51,922 nt of DNA from Candidatus Rokuibacteriota bacterium (GTDB lineage Bacteria > Methylomirabilota > Methylomirabilia > Rokubacteriales > CSP1-6): contig JBBDXO010000283.1 in the NCBI GenBank assembly GCA_040902295.1, forward strand, positions 1 to 51,922, given 5' to 3'. Both the position numbers and the translations under genes were made by a program. The notes beneath the pieces were generated by a model. That model was not told where the DNA came from and made no database searches. It worked only from the letters and a program-made list of their open reading frames with translations. Shown piece after piece: positions 44,658 through 51,922 of this stretch (the first letter of the stretch is position 1; each line of letters starts with the position of its first letter).

Positions 44658-45790
44658 AGATCACCGTCCTCGGGTTCGACCTGTCGAACAACGCGACGGG
44701 GAGGGCGGACCTGCTCGCGCGCCTGCTGGCTCCGCGCTACGACGTCACCGTGGCCGGGCCGCGCTTCGGCGCCGGCCTGTGGCGCCCGTCGCAGGGCGGT
44801 GAGGTCGCGCACCGCGCGCTGCCCGCCGCGCGCCGCTATCCGGGCTTTGCGCGGGCCCTGCCTGCGCTCGTCGCGCAGGCGGACGGCGACGTGCTCATCG
44901 CCTCCAAGCCGCGCACGAGCAGCTACGGCGTCGGCCTCCTCGCCCGCGCCCGGCGCCGCCGGCCGCTCGTGCTCGACATCGACGACTGGGAGGTCGGCTT
45001 CTTCCGTCGCTCCGGGTGGTGGGGCCGGCTCGGGCGCGCGCTGAACGTCGGCAACCCCAGCGGGCTGCCATGGACGTGGCTGATGGAGCGCCTCGCGGGC
45101 CGCGCCGACGCCGTGATCGTGGCCTCGCGCTTCCTGGAGCGGCGCTTTGGCGGCACGCTCATCCCGCACGTGCGCGACACGGAGGCGTGGGCGCCCGAGC
45201 GCTACGACCGCGCCCGGATGCGTGCTGCGCTCGGGGTCGACGGCGACAAGGTCGTGATGTTCCTCGGCACCCCGCGCGGCCACAAGGGCGTCGACGATCT
45301 GGTGGCGGCGATGGCCACGCTGCCGCCGGGCAATCTCCTCGCCATCGTGGGCGCGGATCCCGACAGCGCCGCCGCGCGCCGCTGGTCGCGGCTGGGGTTT
45401 GTCCGGGTCACGGGCGAGATCGCCTTCGAGGACGTGCCGCGCTACCTGGTGGCGGCCGACGTCGTCGCGGTGCCACAGCGTGATACCCCCGACACCGTGG
45501 GGCAGGTGCCCGCCAAGCTGTTCGACGCGATGGCGCTGGCGCGGCCCATCGTCTCCACCTCCGTGTCGATGATCCCGGAGATCCTCGACGGCTGCGGCGT
45601 GGTGGTCCCGCCGGGCGACGTGGCGGCGCTGGCAGCCGCCGTGCGTGCGCTGCTCGCCGCCCCCGAGCATGCGGCGGAGCTCGGCCGCCGGGCGCGCGAG
45701 CGGTGCCAGGCGCGCTACAGCTTCGCCTCGGCACGGGCGGAGCTGTACCCCCTCGTCGAGAGGGTGGTCAGCCGCGGCGCGCGGCCATGA
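44654..45790 (+). CDS. Glycosyltransferase, GT-B fold (divergent GT4-like).
   Basis: N-terminus VKITVLGFDLSNNATGRAD and the C-terminal region PAKLFDAMALARPIVSTSVSMIPEIL. GTGA overlap. Confidence 0.65.
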   Translation: MKITVLGFDLSNNATGRADLLARLLAPRYDVTVAGPRFGAGLWRPSQGGEVAHRALPAARRYPGFARALPALVAQADGDVLIASKPRTSSYGVGLLARARRRRPLVLDIDDWEVGFFRRSGWWGRLGRALNVGNPSGLPWTWLMERLAGRADAVIVASRFLERRFGGTLIPHVRDTEAWAPERYDRARMRAALGVDGDKVVMFLGTPRGHKGVDDLVAAMATLPPGNLLAIVGADPDSAAARRWSRLGFVRVTGEIAFEDVPRYLVAADVVAVPQRDTPDTVGQVPAKLFDAMALARPIVSTSVSMIPEILDGCGVVVPPGDVAALAAAVRALLAAPEHAAELGRRARERCQARYSFASARAELYPLVERVVSRGARP

Positions 45791-46890
45791 GACTGCTCAT
45801 CATCGCGCGCCCCTTCGTCTTCCACGGGGGCGTGGAGACCGCCACCGCGGGGCTGCTGGGCGCCCTCGTCGCCCACGGGCACGACGTGCACCTGCTGGCC
45901 GTGGGCGGCAGCGTCGCCATGCCCGGCGTCACCTCGCATCGGCTCCGGCTGCCGCCGTTACCGGCCGCCGCGCGCGCGCTCGCGCTCGCCGCCGCCGCGC
46001 GGCTCGTCATGCGCCGGCGCGCCTGGGATATCGTGCAGAGTCACGAGCGGACGCTGGGGCAGGACGTGTACCGGGCCGGCGAGGGCTGCCACCGCGCGTA
46101 TCTCGACGCGATGGGCGGCGGCCGCGGCCGGTCGCTCCACCACGCGGTCGTGCTCGCGCTGGAGCGGCGGCTGTTCGCGACGACGCCGGCCATCGCCGCC
46201 ATCGCCCGCATGGGGGCCGGCGAGATCGCCGCGCTCTACGGGGTGCCCTCCGCGCGCCTGACCGTCATTTACAACGGAGTGGACCTCGAGCGGTTCCATC
46301 CCCGCAATCGCGAGCGGCTGCGCGCCGCCACGCGGGCGCGCGCCGGCGTGCCCGCGCATGCCTGGGTCACCCTCTTCGTGGGCAGCGGCTTTGCGCGCAA
46401 GGGCCTGGATGTCGCCATCGAGGGCTTCGCCGCCCTCGGTGACCGCTCCGCCCGCCTCGTGGTGCTCGGCAAGGGCGATACGGCCGCCTACCGCGCGCTC
46501 GCCGAGCGGCGGGCGGTCGGCGGCCGCATCACGTGGCTGCCGCCGTCGCCCGCCGTCGAGGAATGGTATGCGGCGGCGGACGTGCTGGCACTGCCCACGC
46601 GGTACGAGCCGTTCGGCAACGTGCACCTGGAGGCGCTTGCCTCCGGAGCGCCCGTGATCACGACGTCGCGGGCAGGGGGTTGCGAAGTGGTCGACGATCG
46701 CTGCGGCGCCGTGATCGCCCCCGATGACGCGGGCGCCCTGGCGCGGGCGCTGGAGCGGCTCCGGGGAGCCGATGGCGCGACGGTGGCCGCGGCGGCACGG
46801 GCGGCGGCGGCGCCCTACACGTACGAGCGGCAAGTGGCCGCCTTCGAGGAGCTCTACCGGGGTGGATCCGGAAAAGGCCATTGTCCTTGA
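45787..46890 (+). CDS. Glycosyltransferase family 4 (WaaG/RfaG-like).
   Basis: N-terminus MRLLIIARPFVFHGGVETA and the C-terminal region EPFGNVHLEALASGAPVITTSRAGG. ATGA overlap. Confidence 0.75.
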   Translation: MRLLIIARPFVFHGGVETATAGLLGALVAHGHDVHLLAVGGSVAMPGVTSHRLRLPPLPAAARALALAAAARLVMRRRAWDIVQSHERTLGQDVYRAGEGCHRAYLDAMGGGRGRSLHHAVVLALERRLFATTPAIAAIARMGAGEIAALYGVPSARLTVIYNGVDLERFHPRNRERLRAATRARAGVPAHAWVTLFVGSGFARKGLDVAIEGFAALGDRSARLVVLGKGDTAAYRALAERRAVGGRITWLPPSPAVEEWYAAADVLALPTRYEPFGNVHLEALASGAPVITTSRAGGCEVVDDRCGAVIAPDDAGALARALERLRGADGATVAAAARAAAAPYTYERQVAAFEELYRGGSGKGHCP

Positions 46891-46915
46891 GGTATTCCGG
46901 TGAGAGGCTTACACT
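46887..46915 (+). promoter_or_regulatory. Sigma-70-like promoter candidate TTGAGG-N17-TACACT immediately upstream of gmhB.
   Basis: Read directly. The -35 overlaps the TGA of the upstream glycosyltransferase, and the -10 ends 6 nt before GTG 46922. This is a motif match only. Confidence 0.3.
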
Positions 46916-46921
46916 TTCGAC

Positions 46922-47503
46922 GTGGTTTCTCGCCCTGCGGTCTTCATCGATCGGGACGGGACGCTGACCGAGGAAGTGGGCTACGTGAACCACCCATCTC
47001 GCCTTCGCCTGCTGCCGCGCGCAGCCCAGGCGATCCGCCGGCTGAACGAGGCGGACGTGGCCGCGGTGGTGGTGACCAACCAGGCGGGGATCGCCCGCGG
47101 CTACTTCTCGGAAGACGTCCTCCACGCCGTCAACGAGTCGCTCGTGTCCCAGCTCAAGGATGCGGGCGCGCACCTCGACGGCATCTACGTGTGCCCGCAC
47201 CATCCCCGCGAAGGGACGCCGCCCTTCCGGGCGGACTGCGACTGCCGCAAGCCCCGGCCCGGCCTCCTCGTGCGCGCAGCGGCGGAGATGGGCCTCGACC
47301 TGGGCGCCTCCACGATGGTGGGCGACAAGGCGAGCGATCTCGTGCCCGCCCGCACCGTGGGCGCGCGCGGCGTGCTGGTGCTCACCGGGTACGGCCGAGG
47401 GGAATGGGAGTACCGTCGCGAGCACTTCACGGTGGCGCCGCATTACGTGGCGGAGGATCTCCTCGACGCCGTGGAGTGGGCGCTGGCGGGGCCGCGGGCG
47501 TGA
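46922..47503 (+). CDS. gmhB: D-glycero-D-manno-heptose 1,7-bisphosphate 7-phosphatase (HAD-IIIA).
   Basis: Motifs FIDRDGTL, TNQAGIARG, CDCRKPRPG and VGDKASD. GTG 46922 is the only in-frame start after an upstream stop. Confidence 0.85.
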   Translation: MVSRPAVFIDRDGTLTEEVGYVNHPSRLRLLPRAAQAIRRLNEADVAAVVVTNQAGIARGYFSEDVLHAVNESLVSQLKDAGAHLDGIYVCPHHPREGTPPFRADCDCRKPRPGLLVRAAAEMGLDLGASTMVGDKASDLVPARTVGARGVLVLTGYGRGEWEYRREHFTVAPHYVAEDLLDAVEWALAGPRA

Positions 47504-48498
47504 CGGATCTTCGCGAGCGGCTGCGCGCGGTGGTGGAGGCGTTCCGCTCACGCACGGTGATCGTGATCGGCGACTTCATCACCGACGAGTACCTCTTCGG
47601 CAAGCCCGCCCGCATCTCGCGCGAAGCGCCGGTGCTCATCCTCCGCTATACCGAGCGCGAGGTCCTGATGGGCGGTGCCGCCAACGCCGCCCACAACGTG
47701 CGCGCCCTCGGCGCCCGTGTGATGCCCATCGGCATCGTGGGTCGCGATGCGGCCGGCGACGAGCTGCTCGGCCTCTTCCGCGCCGCCGGCATTCCGACCG
47801 ACGGCGTGGTGGCGGAGGCGGGCCGTGCGAGCGCCGTGAAGACCCGCATCATGGCCGGCGGCTACCAGGCCACGCGGCAACAGGTCGTGCGCGTGGACCG
47901 GGAGCCCGAGGGCGATCCGCAGCCCATGACGGAAGACGCGCTGCTGGCCCGCCTCACCACGCTCGCCGAGCACGCCGACGCCATCCTCGTGTCGGACTAC
48001 GGCTACGGCACCGTGACCTCCCGGCTCTTCGAGCGCGTGCGGTCGATCGCGCGCAAGGCGCACACCGTCGTCACCGTGGACAGCCGCTACCAGCTGCCGC
48101 GCTTCAGCGGGATCACCGCCGCCACTCCCAACGAAGCCGAGCTCGAACAGCTCACCGGGATGCCGGTGGACGACGAGCGCACGGTGGAGAAGGCCGGCCG
48201 CGCGCTGCTCGATCGGCTCGACGCCCGCCTGCTGCTCGTCACGCGCGGCAGCCGCGGCATGGCCCTGCTGGAGCGTGACGGCGCCACCGTGTTCATGCCG
48301 ATCCACGGCACCGACGAGATCGCCGACGTCACCGGCGCCGGCGACACCGTCATCAGCGTCTTCACCCTCGCGCTGGCGTGCGGCGCCCCGCCCGCGGAGG
48401 CCGCCGCCCTCGCCAACATCGCGGGCGGCCTCGTCGTCATGAAGCGCGGCACCGCCACCGTCTCCCCGGAGGAGCTGCATCACGCGCTCGCGACGTGA
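47500..48498 (+). CDS. hldA: D-glycero-D-manno-heptose 7-phosphate kinase (RfaE domain I, PfkB family), stand-alone.
   Basis: N-terminus VIVIGDFITDEY and PfkB motif DVTGAGDTVISV. GTGA overlap with gmhB. Confidence 0.85.
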   Translation: MTDLRERLRAVVEAFRSRTVIVIGDFITDEYLFGKPARISREAPVLILRYTEREVLMGGAANAAHNVRALGARVMPIGIVGRDAAGDELLGLFRAAGIPTDGVVAEAGRASAVKTRIMAGGYQATRQQVVRVDREPEGDPQPMTEDALLARLTTLAEHADAILVSDYGYGTVTSRLFERVRSIARKAHTVVTVDSRYQLPRFSGITAATPNEAELEQLTGMPVDDERTVEKAGRALLDRLDARLLLVTRGSRGMALLERDGATVFMPIHGTDEIADVTGAGDTVISVFTLALACGAPPAEAAALANIAGGLVVMKRGTATVSPEELHHALAT

Positions 48499-48561
48499 GT
48501 CACGCGACGCACTCTTCGGAAGAAGCCCAGGGGGTGGCGATGCCCTTCTTTGTTTGAACTC

Positions 48562-48582
48562 GGGGGCCCGGACCGGGCCCCC
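48562..48582. other. Perfect 21-nt GC palindrome GGGGGCCCGG-A-CCGGGCCCCC between hldA and hldC.
   Basis: Read directly. There is no trailing T-tract on either strand. Confidence 0.7.
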
Positions 48583-48606
48583 AAGCCCCCCGGCGGCGGA
48601 CTCTCG

Positions 48607-49089
48607 TTGAACCTGCGCGACGCGGCTGTGATTTCGGAGCGACTGCGCGCGGAGGGCAAGCGGATCGTGCTCGCCAATGGCGTGTTCGACCTCCTGCATG
48701 TCGGGCATGTGCGCTATCTCGACGCGGCGCGCGCGCTCGGCGACGTGCTCTTCGTGGGGGTGAACGGCGACGCGGCGGTGGCGCGGCTCAAGGGAGCGGG
48801 GCGGCCGCTCATGCCGGCGCGCGAGCGGGCCGAGCTGCTGGCGGCCCTGCGTGCCGTCGATCACGTCGTGATCTTCGAGGAGGACAGCGCCGACGCGCTG
48901 CTCGCCGCCGTGCGGCCCCACGTGCACGCCAAGGGCACGGACTACACGGCGGCGTCCGTTCCCGAGGCGGCCACCGCGCGCGCCGTCGGCGCCGAGGTGT
49001 CGATCGTCGGCGACCCCAAGGAGCACGCCACGCGTGACGTCATCGCCGTCATCGCGTCGCGCTTCGGGGCGCGGGGCCTGACGCCGTGA
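48607..49089 (+). CDS. hldC: D-glycero-D-manno-heptose 1-phosphate adenylyltransferase (RfaE domain II), stand-alone.
   Basis: Cytidylyltransferase motif [16 protein letters not shown]. The start is uncertain: TTG 48607 gives 160 aa and leaves the palindrome in the spacer, while the track start TTG 48550 would place the palindrome inside the coding sequence. Confidence 0.8.
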   Translation: MNLRDAAVISERLRAEGKRIVLANGVFDLLHVGHVRYLDAARALGDVLFVGVNGDAAVARLKGAGRPLMPARERAELLAALRAVDHVVIFEEDSADALLAAVRPHVHAKGTDYTAASVPEAATARAVGAEVSIVGDPKEHATRDVIAVIASRFGARGLTP

Positions 49090-50117
49090 CCGTCCCGGCC
49101 GCCGAGGCGCCGCGGCACGTGGCCATCGTCAAGCTGTCCGCGCTCGGCGACGTCGTGCACGCGCTGCCGGTGGCCGTCGCCATCCGGCAGGCGTGGCCGG
49201 CGGTGCGGTTGACGTGGATCGTCGAGCGCCGCGTGGCGGGCGTCCTCGCCGGGCACGCGGCGGTGGACGAGGTGGTGGAGGTGGACACCCGAGGCTGGCG
49301 GCGGGCGCGGCGGGCAGGCGAGGTGGCGGCCGCGCTGCGCGAGATGGCCGCCCTGCACCGCCGCCTGCGCGCGCTGCACGCCGACGTCGCCCTGGATCTC
49401 CAGTCCCTGCTCAAGAGCGCGGTGCTCACGCGGGCGACGCGGGCGGCGCGCCGGATCGGCTTCGCGCCGCGCTGGAGCCGTGAGCCGCTGAGCGCGCTCG
49501 TCCTCACCCATCGGGTGACCCCACCCGCGGGGGCGCGGCACGTGGTGGAGCAGTATCTCGCGGTGCTGCAGCCGCTCGGCGTGCGCACGCCGGCGGTCGA
49601 CTTCGGCGTGGCCGTCGACCCGGGCGCGGAGGCCCGGGTGGAGGAGCTCTTCGGCGCCGCCGGGTTGAAGCGGCAGGGCCGGCTCGTCGTCCTCAATCCC
49701 GGCGCCGGCCGCGCGGACAAGCGCTGGCCGGTGGAGCGCTTTCGCGCGCTCGCGGAGCGGCTCGGGCAGGAGACGAAGGCCGCCGTCCTCGTGGTGTGGG
49801 GCCCCGGCGAGCAGGAGGCGGCGCGCGCCATCGCCGAGGCGCGCGGCGTGCGTCCCGTGCTGGCGCCGCCCACGAGTGTCCCCGAGCTCATCGCCATCCT
49901 GCGGCGCGCGAGCGTCGTGGTGGCGGCCGACACGGGGCCGCTGCATCTGGCGGCGGCGGTGCGCACGCCGTGCGTCGGTCTGTACGGGCCGACCTCCGCC
50001 GTCCGCAATGGGCCCTACGGCGGCGGGCATCACGTGGTGCAGGGCGCCGACGGCGCCCTCACGGGCGTGAGCGTGACGGCCGTGCTCGAGGCGACGGCGG
50101 CGGCGCTGGGCGCGTGA
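49086..50117 (+). CDS. Glycosyltransferase family 9 (LPS heptosyltransferase I, WaaC-like).
   Basis: The N-terminus [22 protein letters not shown] resembles WaaC IVKTSSMGDVLHTLPAL. C-terminal motif [14 protein letters not shown] overlap. Confidence 0.75.
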   Translation: MTVPAAEAPRHVAIVKLSALGDVVHALPVAVAIRQAWPAVRLTWIVERRVAGVLAGHAAVDEVVEVDTRGWRRARRAGEVAAALREMAALHRRLRALHADVALDLQSLLKSAVLTRATRAARRIGFAPRWSREPLSALVLTHRVTPPAGARHVVEQYLAVLQPLGVRTPAVDFGVAVDPGAEARVEELFGAAGLKRQGRLVVLNPGAGRADKRWPVERFRALAERLGQETKAAVLVVWGPGEQEAARAIAEARGVRPVLAPPTSVPELIAILRRASVVVAADTGPLHLAAAVRTPCVGLYGPTSAVRNGPYGGGHHVVQGADGALTGVSVTAVLEATAAALGA

Positions 50118-50872
50118 GCGTGGCGCGCCTGTCGGTGGTGATCGTGACCCTGAACGAGGAGGAGCGCATCCGCGCCTGCCTCGACTCCGTCGCATGGGCC
50201 GACGAGATCGTGGTCGTGGACTCGGAGTCCCAGGACAAGACCGTCCAGCTCGCGCGCGAGACGACGGACCACGTCATCGTGCGGCCGTGGCCGGGCTTCG
50301 CCGCGCAGAAGAACTTCGCGGTGGCGCAGGCGAGCGGGGACTGGATTCTCTCCCTCGACGCCGACGAGACCGTCTCCGCCGCGCTGCGCGCCGACATCGA
50401 GCGCGTGCTGCGCAGTGACGGCGGCGCCGCCGGCTACGCGGTGCCGCGGCGGAACATCTTCCTGGGGGCGTGGGTGCGCCACGGCGGCCTCTATCCCGAC
50501 TGGCAGGTTCGCCTCTTTCGCGCGGGCCGCGGCACCTTCGGCCGGCGGGCGGTGCACGAGTCCGTCACCATTGACGGCCCGATGGAGCGCCTCGGCGGTC
50601 ATCTCGAGCACCGCAGCTATCGCTCCGTCGAGGACTTCCTGACGCGCGCCAACCGGTACTCGTCGCTGGCCGCCGACGAGTGGCTGGCGAGCGGCCGCCG
50701 CGCGCGCACGAGCGACGTGATCACGCGGCCGCTGGGGCGATTCCTGTCGATGTACCTGCTCAGGGGCGGCCTTCTGGATGGATGGAGAGGACTTCTTCTG
50801 GCGGCGCTGTATGCGTACTATGTGGCCATGCGTTCGGCCAAGGTGCTGGAGAAGGTGAGGGCGGGCACGTGA
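50114..50872 (+). CDS. Glycosyltransferase family 2 (LPS core WaaE/KdtX-like).
   Basis: Motifs LSVVIVTLNEE and LSLDADE (DxD). About 250 aa with a helical C-terminal tail. GTGA overlap. Confidence 0.8.
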   Translation: MSVARLSVVIVTLNEEERIRACLDSVAWADEIVVVDSESQDKTVQLARETTDHVIVRPWPGFAAQKNFAVAQASGDWILSLDADETVSAALRADIERVLRSDGGAAGYAVPRRNIFLGAWVRHGGLYPDWQVRLFRAGRGTFGRRAVHESVTIDGPMERLGGHLEHRSYRSVEDFLTRANRYSSLAADEWLASGRRARTSDVITRPLGRFLSMYLLRGGLLDGWRGLLLAALYAYYVAMRSAKVLEKVRAGT

Positions 50873-51922
50873 TGGCCACGAAAGAGCGGGTGCTGTCGGG
50901 CATGCGGCCGACGGGCAAGGTCCACCTCGGCAATTACCTGGGCGCCCTCGCCAACTGGGTGACGATGCAGGACGGCTACGACTGCTTCTTCTTCGTCGCC
51001 GACTGGCACGCGCTCACGGACCGCAACGACACCGAGGACGTGCCCACCAACACCGTCGAGATGGTGGCGGACTGGCTGGGGGCGGGGCTCGATCCCGAGC
51101 GCAGCACGATCTTCATCCAGTCGCTCGTGCCCGAGCACGCGGAGCTGCACCTCATCTTCTCGATGATCACGCCCGTGGGCTGGCTCGAGCGCGTGCCCAC
51201 CTACAAGGAGCGCATCGAGCAGCAGGAGATCGCGTCCCCGTCGTACGGCCTGCTCGGCTACCCGCTGCTGCAGTCGGCCGACATCCTCATCTACAAGGCG
51301 CAATGGGTACCGGTGGGCGTGGACCAGGTGCCGCACGTCGAGCTGACGCGCGAGGTCGCGCGCCGCTTCAACTCCGCCTTCCGCCCCGTGTTTCCCGAGC
51401 CCGACGCCAAGCTCACGGAGATTCCGAAGGTGCCCGGCACGGACGGCCGCAAGATGTCGAAGTCGTACGACAACGCGATCTACCTGTCGGACAGCGCCGA
51501 GGCCGTCCGGAAGAAAGTGCGGCCGATGATGACGGATCCCGCGCGCAAGCGGCGCACGGATCCCGGCACTCCCGAGGTCTGTCCGGTGTTCGATCTGCAC
51601 AAGATCTTCACGCCCGCCGGCGACCGCGAGTACTGCGCCACCGGCTGCCGCACGGCCGCCATCGGTTGTCTGGACTGCAAGGACGTGCTCCTCACGCACA
51701 TGCTGCCGCGCCTGGAGGGTATCCGCGAGCGGCGGCAGGCCTTCGCCGAGAAGCCCGACCTCATCGTGGACGTGCTGCACCAGGGCTCGCGCCGCGCGCG
51801 GGTGGCCGCCCAGGCCACCATGGAGGAGGTGCGCGCCGCCGTGCACCTGGCGCCCGTTCATATGGGGGCCTCGAAGGGCCCCCATGCCCCCGCCACGCTC
51901 GGCAGCGCCCCGGCGAAGCCGG
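50872..51922 (+). CDS. trpS: Tryptophan--tRNA ligase. The 3' end lies beyond the right window edge.
   Basis: My translation of the open frame gives MATKERVLSGMRPTGKVHLGNYLGA (HIGH-type motif) and KMSKS. No stop occurs before the window end, which is why the ORF is absent from the track. Confidence 0.92.
   Translation, partial: MATKERVLSGMRPTGKVHLGNYLGALANWVTMQDGYDCFFFVADWHALTDRNDTEDVPTNTVEMVADWLGAGLDPERSTIFIQSLVPEHAELHLIFSMITPVGWLERVPTYKERIEQQEIASPSYGLLGYPLLQSADILIYKAQWVPVGVDQVPHVELTREVARRFNSAFRPVFPEPDAKLTEIPKVPGTDGRKMSKSYDNAIYLSDSAEAVRKKVRPMMTDPARKRRTDPGTPEVCPVFDLHKIFTPAGDREYCATGCRTAAIGCLDCKDVLLTHMLPRLEGIRERRQAFAEKPDLIVDVLHQGSRRARVAAQATMEEVRAAVHLAPVHMGASKGPHAPATLGSAPAKP

Noticed and set aside
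48540-48557. A 5-codon mini-ORF (MPFFV) just before the hldC region.
   Set aside because: It is trivially short and cannot be told apart from chance.

Overview
This is a very GC-rich, tightly packed bacterial chromosomal segment, about 70% GC by eye, from an LPS-producing diderm. I cannot assign the phylum from sequence alone. The window is almost entirely conserved housekeeping and envelope-biogenesis genes. From 6.8 kb to the right edge every gene but one lies on the + strand, and many junctions are 1-4 nt stop/start overlaps (GTGA, ATGA, TGATG).

Gene order, left to right:
- a truncated secreted octapeptide-repeat protein (minus strand), divergent from an M16 peptidase pair, a rhomboid protease, tlyA and nadK
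- an orphan ABC-type substrate-binding protein (minus strand)
- recN and secA
- an orphan 174-aa hypothetical (minus strand)
- smc, a rodZ-like gene and ftsY
- ribD-ribE-ribBA-ribH-nusB
- a metallophosphoesterase, lnt, prfB (classic +1 frameshift) and lysS
- lolC/E, lolD and clpC
- a roughly 20-kb outer-membrane and LPS block: bamA-skp-lpxD-lpxA-oxidoreductase-lpxI-lpxB-DUF374-waaA-lpxK-waaF-like-4 glycosyltransferases-gmhB-hldA-hldC-waaC-like-GT2
- trpS, truncated at the right edge

I saw no rRNA, tRNA, CRISPR array, transposase, integrase or recognisable defence genes. The very long antisense ORFs in the track are GC-composition artefacts. I do not see a convincing novel multi-gene system.

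The items most worth a second look are:
- the exported (QDVQAPRG)n repeat protein next to exported proteases
- the orphan minus-strand gene wedged between secA and smc
- the uncharacterised DUF374 and Gfo/Idh/MocA genes translationally coupled inside the lipid A operon
- the split hldE with a perfect GC palindrome in the gap
- a 4-Cys (Fe-S type) motif in TrpRS
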